Assembly: GCA_041645215.1 (NCBI GenBank)
Contig: JBAZQK010000006.1
Coordinates: forward strand, 12,116 to 76,115
DNA: 64,000 nt
Source of the DNA: Patescibacteria group bacterium
GTDB taxonomy: Bacteria; Patescibacteriota; Patescibacteriia; Veblenbacterales; UBA10138
Reading direction: 5' to 3'
The position numbers and the translations under genes are program-made. The first letter of the stretch is position 1. Each line of letters begins with the position of its first letter. Below are positions 9,478 through 18,270 of the stretch, piece after piece. The notes under the pieces are model-generated. The model did not search any database and was not told the DNA's origin. It worked only from the letters and a program-made list of their open reading frames with translations.

Positions 9478-10092
9478 ATGGGTAGATATTTGGGTCCCAA
9501 ACATCACATGTGTCGCCGCGTCGGCGAGCGCTTGTGCAATACTGATAAATGTCCAATCACCAAGCGAAATTATCCGCCGGGAGTTCACGGTGTTAAAGGT
9601 CGCTCCAAGTTGACCGGCTTTGGCGTGCAACTGCGGGAAAAGCAAAAAGCTCGTTGGGTTTATGGAATATTGGAACGTCAGTTTCGAAATTATTACGCCA
9701 AAGCGATTAGTCAAAAAGGCGCGACTGACGTTAGATTTTTGCAACTGTTGGAATCGCGTTTAGATAATATCGTTTTTCGTCTTGGTTTGGCTAAAACCAG
9801 AGCCGCCGCGCGGCAAATTGTTAATCATGGCCACATCACTATTAATGGCAAAAAAGTGGATATTCCGTCATATCAAGTAAAAGTCGGGCAAACCATAGCG
9901 GTTGATAAAAATAGTTTAAGTAAGGCCTATTTTAAAGAGTTGGCCAAACCGTGGGCTCACCCGCTGACGGAGTATGATTGGCTCGCCCGCGACCCTCAAG
10001 AATTCACCGGTCAATTATTGGCCTTACCAAACATAGAACAGGTACAACATCCGTTTGACATGAAGCTAATAGTTGAGTTTTACTCTCGCTAA
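9478..10092 (+). CDS. rpsD: 30S ribosomal protein S4
   Basis: MGRYLGPK, QLREKQK, LESRLDNIVFRLG, ARQIVNHGH, IVEFYSR; start moved to ATG 9478. Confidence 0.98.
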   Translation: MGRYLGPKHHMCRRVGERLCNTDKCPITKRNYPPGVHGVKGRSKLTGFGVQLREKQKARWVYGILERQFRNYYAKAISQKGATDVRFLQLLESRLDNIVFRLGLAKTRAAARQIVNHGHITINGKKVDIPSYQVKVGQTIAVDKNSLSKAYFKELAKPWAHPLTEYDWLARDPQEFTGQLLALPNIEQVQHPFDMKLIVEFYSR

Positions 10093-10114
10093 TTTTAACC
10101 CTCAGTTATTATTT

Positions 10115-10927
10115 ATGGAAAAATTACCACTGCCTCAAAAAATTGTTACGGCGGCGAGCGATAATAATCACGCTAAGATAGTTATTGGTCCGTGTTACCC
10201 CGGTTATGGTACGACTTTGGGTAATTCTTTGCGTCGGGTTTTACTGTCGTCTTTGCCCGGGGCGGCGGTGGTAGCCGTTCGCATTACCGGGGCTGACCAT
10301 GAATTTTCCACGCTAGCGGGAGTCAAAGATGATGTGGTTGATATTTTATTAAATATTAAGCAGTTGCGCTTGCGAGTGTTTAGTCAGGAACTTGTTAGTT
10401 TTAATCTTAAGGTGGCCGGGGAAAAAGTTGTTACCGCGGCTGACATTACACCTAACAGCGCGGTTGAAATTTTAAATAAGGATTTGGTTATAGCCAACCT
10501 GACGGACAAGAAGGCAGTTTTAGAAATTGAATTTTTTGCCGAGCAGGGCCGGGGTTATGTGCCAGTTGAAAATCAGGAAGATGTCAAACACAATATTGGT
10601 GAAATTGCGATTGATGCTTTTTATACGCCGGTTCGGAGGGTTGGTTATTCGGTTGAAAACGTTCGGGTTGGCCAAATGACCAATTACGATAAATTGACAT
10701 TGGACGTGGAAACTGACGGCAGTTTAACTCCGTTGGAGGCGGTACAGCAGGCTAGCCGTATTTTAATTGATCATTTTGCTTTTATCGCCGGCGACAAAAC
10801 AGTTGATATAGCGGAGTCAGCTGCGGTTGACACTGTGCCGCTAGCACCGGCGCCAATTGAAGTTAATAAATTGAGCGTACCGGAAAGGGTGGTTAAAAAG
10901 CGCGGGCGTCCCAGAAAGGAAGTTTAA
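10115..10927 (+). CDS. rpoA: RNA polymerase alpha subunit lacking the alpha-CTD
   Basis: GYGTTLGNSLRRVLLSSLPG, HEFSTL, GRGYVP, VENVRVGQMTNYDKL; ends shortly after the NTD with KKRGRPRKEV. Confidence 0.97.
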   Translation: MEKLPLPQKIVTAASDNNHAKIVIGPCYPGYGTTLGNSLRRVLLSSLPGAAVVAVRITGADHEFSTLAGVKDDVVDILLNIKQLRLRVFSQELVSFNLKVAGEKVVTAADITPNSAVEILNKDLVIANLTDKKAVLEIEFFAEQGRGYVPVENQEDVKHNIGEIAIDAFYTPVRRVGYSVENVRVGQMTNYDKLTLDVETDGSLTPLEAVQQASRILIDHFAFIAGDKTVDIAESAAVDTVPLAPAPIEVNKLSVPERVVKKRGRPRKEV

Positions 10928-10929
10928 AT

Positions 10930-11505
10930 TATGCCCGGTAATACAACTTTGCTAGCGCTCACTTCAACCACCTTTTATTATAAAATTATGTTTTGTTTAG
11001 AATTATTTAATCAATTACCTTTGTTTAACCACGCTCGCGCTTAAGGCGGTTGAGCAAAGTTGATATACCGGGTATGCCCAGTAATACAACTTGGCTAGCG
11101 CTCGCCCAGCACCAGAGCCCCGAAGGAGAACAAGTTCCCTACGGGGCAGGCAAGCACGGTACTGGGCATCGCTCCAACGGTATATTTCCCGTCGGGCAGC
11201 GAGCGGCCAACAATCCCAATCTTTTGACTATTCTTGGTGCTTGGGCTCGCCTTAACCACTCCGTATCATAACTTTATGTCTTATCTAAAATTATTTAATC
11301 ATTTATTCTTGTCTAGCCACGCTCGCGCTGGGGGTGGTTTAGCCAAGTTGATATACTGGGTATGCCCAGTAACAAAACTTCACTATACTCGCAAAGGCAC
11401 TTAAGATTAATCCCCATTTATAAAACTATGATTTTAGTTTCAGCTAATTTAATTTCTCTTTCACTCGGCTCGTATAAAGTGCCTAGTGAAGTTATTGTTA
11501 CTGGG
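10930..11505. repeat. Second tandem array of hairpin elements ending at the rplQ start codon
   Basis: Units 10930-11072, 11073-11360 (145-bp insert) and 11361-11505 (variant); TATG at every junction, the last supplying the rplQ ATG at 11507. Confidence 0.92.
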
Positions 11506-11506
11506 T

Positions 11507-11857
11507 ATGAGACATCGTAAAGTTGGCAGAAAATTGGATCGCACCGCCGCCCCTCGTCTGGCCCTTATCAAAGGCTTGGCTAATAGTTTGGTTTTGTACG
11601 AAAGTATCAAAACCACTGTCGCCAAGGCCAAAACAGTCAGGTCGTACGTTGAGAAATTAGTTACAATTGCCAAGAAACCAACTTTGGCTAATCGCCGCCT
11701 AATTACCAGTCGCCTGACAACCGCTGGCGCGGTTAGGAAGTTATTGGAAGTTTATGGACCCCGTTATAATGAGCGCCCCGGCGGATATACCAGAATAGTT
11801 AAATTGGCGCGCCGCCAGGGTGACCGCGCCCGCATGGCGCAAATCGCCTTTATCTAG
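11507..11857 (+). CDS. rplQ: 50S ribosomal protein L17
   Basis: MRHRKVGRKLDR, IKTTVAKAK, RPGGYTRIVK; start moved to ATG 11507. Confidence 0.98.
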   Translation: MRHRKVGRKLDRTAAPRLALIKGLANSLVLYESIKTTVAKAKTVRSYVEKLVTIAKKPTLANRRLITSRLTTAGAVRKLLEVYGPRYNERPGGYTRIVKLARRQGDRARMAQIAFI

Positions 11858-11863
11858 TTTATT

Positions 11864-12238
11864 ATGGAAAAGAAAATATTCCAACATACAGTCACAATTG
11901 ACGCTACGGGATTACCCTATGGACGTTTGGCCAGTCAGGTAGCCAGTCATTTGCGCGGTAAAAATTTGGTGACTTTTAAGCCTAATGCCGCGCCTGACCT
12001 AAAAGTGATAGTAACAAACCTTAGTAAGGTTAAGTTTAGCGGTGATAAATTGACCACTAAAATATATTACAGTTTTTCCGGTTATCCGGGCGGTTTAAAG
12101 AAAGCTACCTTGGGCGAAAAATGGGCCAAGCAACCGGAGCGATTGTTTCGTTGGACAGTTAAGCATATGCTGCCCAAAAATCGTTTGAGCGATCGGATGA
12201 TTAAAAATTTGCAAGTTTATCAAGGAACCGATAAATAA
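11864..12238 (+). CDS. rplM: 50S ribosomal protein L13
   Basis: IDATG..YGRLAS..A..LRGK, YYSFSGYPGGLK, MLPKNRL. Confidence 0.96.
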   Translation: MEKKIFQHTVTIDATGLPYGRLASQVASHLRGKNLVTFKPNAAPDLKVIVTNLSKVKFSGDKLTTKIYYSFSGYPGGLKKATLGEKWAKQPERLFRWTVKHMLPKNRLSDRMIKNLQVYQGTDK

Positions 12239-12240
12239 TT

Positions 12241-12819
12241 ATGCCGGAGAAAATTAGTTCAGCTAAATCAAATAAAATTAAAACCACGGCGCCAAAACCG
12301 CCACGGCGAGTGATGGTGTCTAAACCCAAGGAAGTTGCGGTTGAGGCCAAACAACACCCCGCTCCAGCTATAATTGGTAGTACCGAAAGTAAAACAGTTG
12401 GCAAAACCGTTAAGGCGCGCAGCGATAAGGGTGATTTTATATCAGCGGTAGGGCGGCGGAAATCAGCCATTGCGCGGGTCTGGTTGCAATTTAAAGGCAC
12501 GGGCAAGAAAGTAGTGAATGGTCAGGAATTGGATAAGTATTTTAGCGATCCAATATATCGGCAAATTGTTAATTCGCCGCTGACGCAGTTGGGATTAACG
12601 GAAAAATTTGATTTTAAAATAACGGTTACCGGCGGCGGTAAACAAGGTCAGGCGGAGGCGGTCCGGCACGCCATCGCGCGTGTTTTATTGCAATTTAACG
12701 AAGACTTACGCAAACAATTAAGAGTGGCCGGTTTCTTGACGCGCGATTCACGGGTTAAAGAGCGTAAAAAATATGGTCTAAAAAAAGCGCGCCGCGCGCC
12801 GCAGTGGCAAAAAAGATGA
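12241..12819 (+). CDS. rpsI: 30S ribosomal protein S9 with basic N-terminal extension
   Basis: GRRKSAIARV, GGGKQGQAEAVRH, LTRDSRVKERKKYGLKKARRAPQWQKR. Confidence 0.98.
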   Translation: MPEKISSAKSNKIKTTAPKPPRRVMVSKPKEVAVEAKQHPAPAIIGSTESKTVGKTVKARSDKGDFISAVGRRKSAIARVWLQFKGTGKKVVNGQELDKYFSDPIYRQIVNSPLTQLGLTEKFDFKITVTGGGKQGQAEAVRHAIARVLLQFNEDLRKQLRVAGFLTRDSRVKERKKYGLKKARRAPQWQKR

Positions 12820-12872
12820 TATCTTTTTTGCCAACCTGAGTCTAGTCGAATGGCTGGCAGAAACGTTAATTT

Positions 12873-12907
12873 AAAAACCATCCCGCTGTACAGCGGGATG
12901 GTTTTTT
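12873..12907 (+). terminator. Intrinsic terminator of the ribosomal protein operon
   Basis: AAAAACCATCCCGCTGTACAGCGGGATGGTTTTTT hairpin with U-tract after rpsI. Confidence 0.8.
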
Positions 12908-12975
12908 ATTCGCCTTCGTCCCGTCGCGGCGGAGGCGGCGGAGGATGGATGCTTCCGCTATCACCCCCGACGTAC

Positions 12976-13152
12976 ATTAGTAGGACTTACGCGCTTGCCG
13001 CTTGCAGGGCTGGCGCAGGGACGACCCCTCAAGCGGCTTTGGCCAATTTCTTCGTTAAAACCTCCGCTTTTCGTTCATCCCGCCATGGCGGGACTCGTAC
13101 CACTTGCTCGGTTTTGCCTCGAACTTGGCTCAAACGCGTAAGTCCTAATTAG
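12976..13152. repeat. Inverted-repeat element with 5-bp flanking direct repeat
   Basis: TAGGACTTACGCG (12981) ... CGCGTAAGTCCTA (13147), with ATTAG on both sides. Confidence 0.7.
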
Positions 13153-13202
13153 GTTGGAGTATCATTATTGGGTATTTTTTACCAATGCGCTATAATGGAT
13201 TT

Positions 13203-14657
13203 ATGGTTAGCGAATCAGGAGTCTTAGCCCGTAATACCAGTTATTTTACGCTCGCCCTCGTCGCCCAAAAGGTGATTTCTTTTTTATACTTTACATTTTT
13301 GGCGCGCATTTTAGGGCCGGCGGTAGTTGGTAAGTATGTTTTGGCCCTGGCGATTACAACCATCTTTAGTGTTTTAATTGATTTAGGTTTGGCTTCGGTT
13401 TTAACGCGTGAGGTCGCCAAACAACCAGACCGCGCCCAGGAATATTTTGGACAGGTTATCGGATTTAAAAGCATTGTCAGTTTGCTGGTAGTCGGTTTAG
13501 TGGTTGCCACAGTGAATATCATTGGTTACCCGGAATCAACCCGCCAATTAGTTTATTTGGCTTCCGCCGTGATGGTGCTTGATTCATTTACGTTGTCGGT
13601 TTATTCAACCATTCGGGGGTTCCAGAATTTATTATGGGAGAGTATTGGAACAATTTTGATGCAGGTGACGGTGGCGGTTATTGGCTGGTTGGTTGCCAGT
13701 TTTACTCATGATTTACGCATGCTAATGGCCGCTTTGATAATCGCGGCCGCGACTAACGCGGTTTACGCTTTAACAAAGATTAAATCGCGGTACCGATTGA
13801 GTTGGCGTCCGATATTTAGCTGGGCGGGCTGGCGCCATTTAGCCCGCCTGTCCTGGCCCTTTGCCGCCGCCGCCATTTTGACCAGAGTTTACGGTTACAT
13901 TGATTCGGTTTTGTTGTCGCTCTTAGCCAATGACACGGCGGTCGGAATTTACAGTGTCGCCTATAAATTGACGTTCGCGCTGCAATTCATACCCAGCGCC
14001 TTGGCGGCGTCGCTGTTTCCCGGTTTAAGTTTTTATTTTTCGTACCTGCCGGAAAAACTGGAGCAGACTTTTAGTTATGCCGTGGTCTATTTAAGCGCCA
14101 TCGCCCTGCCGATATCAATCGGCCTGATAATTTTAGCCGAGCCGGTTATAACGGCAGTTTATCCGGCTTACGACAATTCAATTCTGCCTTTGCAAATTTT
14201 GATGGCCAGTTTGGTATTTTTGTTTTTGACTTTCCCCATCGGTTCTTTGTTGCCGGCTTGCAACCGGCAAGTGCGCCATACTTTAAATATCGCCGTGGCG
14301 ACGGTTTTGAATGTAGCACTAAATTTATATTTGATTCCGCGGTTTGGCGTAGCTGGTGCCGCTATGGCTTCTTTGGTAAGCACGGTGGTTTTGTTCGGTT
14401 TGGGTTGGGCCGTGGTGGTTAAGATAATTGTTTTAAATAAACGTTTTTTGTGGCTCCGACTTAGCCGAGTTGCCCTGGCCGGCATCATTATGGGACTGAC
14501 AATTTGGCAGATCAGCAGTCAGGTAAATTTAGCGATTAGTATTTTATTTAGTGGCTTGGTTTATGCGGGCGCTTTAGTAGTTTTGGGCGGGGTTACTACC
14601 GAGGAGATAAAAAACTTGTTTAAAATTTTGCGCACGCGGACCGGTTTTAGGCCATAG
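13203..14657 (+). CDS. Polysaccharide flippase (Wzx/MOP family)
   Basis: Multi-TM; ARILGP..VGKY, DLGLASVLTREVA, IDSVLL..VGIYSVAYKL; ATG 13185 is an alternative start. Confidence 0.9.
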   Translation: MVSESGVLARNTSYFTLALVAQKVISFLYFTFLARILGPAVVGKYVLALAITTIFSVLIDLGLASVLTREVAKQPDRAQEYFGQVIGFKSIVSLLVVGLVVATVNIIGYPESTRQLVYLASAVMVLDSFTLSVYSTIRGFQNLLWESIGTILMQVTVAVIGWLVASFTHDLRMLMAALIIAAATNAVYALTKIKSRYRLSWRPIFSWAGWRHLARLSWPFAAAAILTRVYGYIDSVLLSLLANDTAVGIYSVAYKLTFALQFIPSALAASLFPGLSFYFSYLPEKLEQTFSYAVVYLSAIALPISIGLIILAEPVITAVYPAYDNSILPLQILMASLVFLFLTFPIGSLLPACNRQVRHTLNIAVATVLNVALNLYLIPRFGVAGAAMASLVSTVVLFGLGWAVVVKIIVLNKRFLWLRLSRVALAGIIMGLTIWQISSQVNLAISILFSGLVYAGALVVLGGVTTEEIKNLFKILRTRTGFRP

Positions 14658-14660
14658 TTT

Positions 14661-15761
14661 ATGTCCAGACGAATTTTACTAATTACCACCGATTTTCCGC
14701 CCCGCCGCGGCGGAGTGGCGCGGTATTACGCCGGGATATTTAATAATCTGCCGGCAGTTTCGGTTTTAACTGACATTGGATCCGCTGCCACCGACAGCCA
14801 TATTATGCGGCAGCCGCTGCTATATCGTTTTATTTGGCCGCAGTGGTTGCCGTTATTATGGCTAGTGCCCTACTATCGTTTTTTTAGACAAATTGAATGG
14901 TGTCTGGCTGGCCAAATTTTACCAATTGGCACGGCTTTGTGGATTATAAAGAAAACTTTTGGTTGGCGTTATGGCGTGTTTGTGCATGGTTTTGATTTGG
15001 GTTTAGCTAAGCTGAATCGGCGTAAGCTGTGGTTAGTCCGACAAATATTAGGCAGTGCCGATGTCGTGGTGGCGAATAGCCAATTTACCGCTGATTTGGC
15101 GCGCGCCAGCGGCGCGCTGGAAAATTTAATTATAGTTTATCCTTGCAGCGATTTGGCCGTTCAAAACGTGGCGGCTGACTCCGTCAGCCAACTAACAGAC
15201 GAATATTGTTTGGCCGGCAAAACTGTAATTTTAACTGTGGCGCGATTGGTTAAGCGCAAAAACATAGCTTTAGTTATTGAATCAATCGCCGCTCTGCACA
15301 ATGATTTTGCTGATTTAGTTTATGTGGTGGTTGGCGATGGACCGGAAATGGTCAACCTGCGCCATCAAGCCAAATTGTTTAAAGTACCGACAATTTGGCG
15401 CGGCGACATTGATGATGCGGAATTAGCCGTTTGGTATAATTTATGTGATTTGTTTGTACTCGTACCTTTAGCTAACGGGGCGGACATTGAAGGTTTTGGC
15501 ATAGTTTATTTAGAGGCGCAGGCGGCGGCCAAGCCGGTTATTGGCAGTCCGGTTGGCGGCGTAAGCGAGGCTGTGGGCGGGGCCGGGTTGTTGGCTAAAG
15601 ATAAGATTGAGTTAGTGGAAGCTTTGCGTCAACTGTTGCTTAATCCGGCATTAAGGAGTAAATTGGGAAACTTGGGGCGTGAACGAGTAAACCGCGAGTT
15701 TATCTGGCCGCGGCAATTAAAAAAATTATCAGCCTTTTTTTATGACCGACCAGACAATTGA
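14661..15761 (+). CDS. Glycosyltransferase family 4 (PimB-like)
   Basis: DFPPRRGGVARY, VARLVKRK, EGFGIVYLEA. Confidence 0.92.
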   Translation: MSRRILLITTDFPPRRGGVARYYAGIFNNLPAVSVLTDIGSAATDSHIMRQPLLYRFIWPQWLPLLWLVPYYRFFRQIEWCLAGQILPIGTALWIIKKTFGWRYGVFVHGFDLGLAKLNRRKLWLVRQILGSADVVVANSQFTADLARASGALENLIIVYPCSDLAVQNVAADSVSQLTDEYCLAGKTVILTVARLVKRKNIALVIESIAALHNDFADLVYVVVGDGPEMVNLRHQAKLFKVPTIWRGDIDDAELAVWYNLCDLFVLVPLANGADIEGFGIVYLEAQAAAKPVIGSPVGGVSEAVGGAGLLAKDKIELVEALRQLLLNPALRSKLGNLGRERVNREFIWPRQLKKLSAFFYDRPDN

Positions 15762-16986
15762 TATTGTGATGTTTAATATGTCCAGTTATGCCGACTGGCA
15801 GTCTGGTATTGAAAACCGGAATTTTCACGTATTGCACAATTTACTGCAAGATCGGCGAGTGCGCAAAATCGTGGCTGTTGATTATTTGCCGTTTACTTGG
15901 CGGCGGGCGGTTAAAGAATGGTGGCAAGGTGTAATCGGCGGGGTGGATGGTCAAGTTATGGCGCGCGGCTGGTTTTATAAATTAACCGCGGCGCGTGGAT
16001 CCAGTATTGCCCTGGCCGGCTACAGTATCCCGGGATTTGATAGTGCGGCCGTTTCCTACAAACTGTTTGTTTATACGGATATTGCTTCGTTGTGGTCACA
16101 GCGGCGAGTCTATCAGCGTTTAACCAAACAATTAGACCGTCTAGGCATAGCCAATCCGGTTATATGGTCGTATTTGCCAACCACGGTTGGTTATTTGGGA
16201 ATGTTTAAACAATCAGTTACGGTGTTTGACGCGGTTGACAATTGGCTGACACACTCCAGTTATAAAAAAATATTGGATCGTCTAAAGTTGAATTATCGCA
16301 CTATTGGCCAGCAAGCCGATCTGATTTTTACAACGGCTGACGATTTAGTTAAATTTTTTGGTGAACGTAAAAATTGCGAATTTGTGCCGAACGGCGTTAA
16401 TCTGGCTCACTTTGCCGCGCCCTCCAAGTTAGTGGGGCGTGATATTATGCGGATTCCGCGGCCAATTATCGGCTATATCGGTACTATCCAAGAAGATCGC
16501 ATTGATTTGGATTTGGTGCGTTATGTGGCGGAAAAGAATCCTAATAAATCAATTGTCATGGCCGGACCGGTTTGGAAAACCTTCGCCCGCGAGGTTAAAA
16601 CTAAACTTGGTTATTTAAGTAATGTTTATTTACTCGGGCGGATTAAGTATCAGGAATTTGCCTCCTATTTTGTCAATTTTGACGTGGCCATAATTCCTCA
16701 TAAAATAAATGATTTCACGCGGCATACTAATCCCATGAAACTATACGAGTATTTGGCTTCGGGTAAGCCGATTGTGGCGACACCGACCGGAGGAGTAGAG
16801 CTGTTTCAGGATTATATCTATCTGGCCCAAACTCCCGCCGAGTTTAACGCCGCTGTTATTCAGGCCTTGCAAGACGCCCCCGGCGGCAAAATTAAGTCAC
16901 GCTCAAATTTAATGAAGCATCATACTTGGCAGCAGCGCACTAATCATATGCTTGATAGGTTGTTCGCGGTTATTAAAAACCACTAG
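15742..16986 (+). CDS. GT-B glycosyltransferase (TuaH-like)
   Basis: VPNGV, IIGYIG, NPMKLYEYLASGKPIV. Confidence 0.88.
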   Translation: MTDQTIDIVMFNMSSYADWQSGIENRNFHVLHNLLQDRRVRKIVAVDYLPFTWRRAVKEWWQGVIGGVDGQVMARGWFYKLTAARGSSIALAGYSIPGFDSAAVSYKLFVYTDIASLWSQRRVYQRLTKQLDRLGIANPVIWSYLPTTVGYLGMFKQSVTVFDAVDNWLTHSSYKKILDRLKLNYRTIGQQADLIFTTADDLVKFFGERKNCEFVPNGVNLAHFAAPSKLVGRDIMRIPRPIIGYIGTIQEDRIDLDLVRYVAEKNPNKSIVMAGPVWKTFAREVKTKLGYLSNVYLLGRIKYQEFASYFVNFDVAIIPHKINDFTRHTNPMKLYEYLASGKPIVATPTGGVELFQDYIYLAQTPAEFNAAVIQALQDAPGGKIKSRSNLMKHHTWQQRTNHMLDRLFAVIKNH

Positions 16987-17345
16987 AACAGTGGAGCGCT
17001 TAATCACCCCGCAGTAAATGTTACACATCACTACGGGGCAAGCTGGAACACCGAAAGAACACTTAATCACTGGAACGCTTTAACACTTGTCAGCCCTAGG
17101 CTGATCTCCGCCGGCCCGCCTGCCTAAGCCTATACCTTCATGAACACTTAATCACATGAACACTTTAACACTTGAACAAATTTGATCCAGTGATCCAGTG
17201 TTCTAGTGTTATAGTGATATCGTAAGGAGAACGGCGGACCCCGCCGATTCGGCGGGGCGGGCAGGCAATGTAAAATTTAAAATTCAGAAATTTAATTTTT
17301 ATTTTTTCATGCCTGAGGCAGATCCGCCTCTGGCGGAGATATTTA
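16987..17345. repeat. Intergenic mosaic of 8-mer tandem tracts and REP-like hairpins
   Basis: GAACACTT/AATCAC units and the complementary GATCCAGT/GTTCTAGT units; CCCCGCAGT..ACTACGGGG, CCCGCCGATTCGGCGGGG and TCCGCCTCTGGCGGA hairpins. Confidence 0.7.
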
Positions 17346-17403
17346 CATTTTAAATTTCCTATGGCTTGGAATAAAGGTCGTTTTAAACTAAAATGTATTC
17401 ATT

Positions 17404-18270
17404 ATGTACAAGCCCGTGTATTCAGTTTTGATAGTATCATGGCAGGTGCGTGATTATTTGCGACTCTGTTTACGGGCGCTGGCTAGACAGCTTAAAGACG
17501 CTGCCGTTGAGGTTATAGTGGTGGATAACGCGTCGTCTGACGGCAGCGCGCAAATGGTGGAGCGGGAATTTGAATGGGTGCGTTTAATTAAGGCCAATCG
17601 TAATCTGGGCTTTGCGGCGGCGACTAATATGGCGGCGGCGGCGGCGAGCGGCGATTATTTTGTTTTATTGAATCCGGACACCGTGGTCGGCGATTCATTT
17701 TTCAGCGCGCTGGCCGATTTTTTCAGGAATCATCCAACAGCCGGTGTTGTTGGTGGAAAGATTATAAATCCGGACGGCACGCTTCAGCCTTCGGTCAGGC
17801 GGTTTCCTGATTTATTATCGCAGACGCTGGTTTCACTTAAATTAAGCCATTTTTTCCCGGGGTTGTTTAGCAAATATTTAGCAACGGATTTTGATTACAA
17901 TCAGGAAGCAAAAGTTGACCAGGTAATGGGCGCCTGCTTTATAGTGCCGAAGGATGTTTGGCAGAATTTGGGCGGGTTTGATGCCAATTTTTTTGTGTGG
18001 TTTGAAGAAGTGGATTTTTGCCGTCGCCTTAAGGATGATAATGGTGAGATTTGGTATTCACCGCAAATCACCGTTCAACATCAGCCCCGCAGCAGTGCGC
18101 GGCAGTTGACGGCGTTTAGGCGTCACTATATTTACAGTCGCAGTCTGGTTTATTATTTTTGCAAGCATAAATCAACTTTGGCAGGTTTAATTTTAGTATT
18201 AGCCGCCGCCCCGTGGCTGATTATCAGTTATGTCGTCCAAGTTTTTCAGCCTAAATTTCCCCACTCGTAA
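17404..18270 (+). CDS. Glycosyltransferase family 2 (WbbL-like)
   Basis: VIVVDNASSDGS, NLGFA, LLNPDT, GGFD..FF..FEEVDFC. Confidence 0.92.
   Translation: MYKPVYSVLIVSWQVRDYLRLCLRALARQLKDAAVEVIVVDNASSDGSAQMVEREFEWVRLIKANRNLGFAAATNMAAAAASGDYFVLLNPDTVVGDSFFSALADFFRNHPTAGVVGGKIINPDGTLQPSVRRFPDLLSQTLVSLKLSHFFPGLFSKYLATDFDYNQEAKVDQVMGACFIVPKDVWQNLGGFDANFFVWFEEVDFCRRLKDDNGEIWYSPQITVQHQPRSSARQLTAFRRHYIYSRSLVYYFCKHKSTLAGLILVLAAAPWLIISYVVQVFQPKFPHS

Noticed and set aside
11050-11271. 73-aa ORF as an independent gene
   Set aside because: It is a read-through of repeat units; only the ATG-initiated part is considered, under findings
12850-13152. 100-aa ORF after rpsI
   Set aside because: It spans the terminator and an inverted-repeat element and has low-complexity sequence
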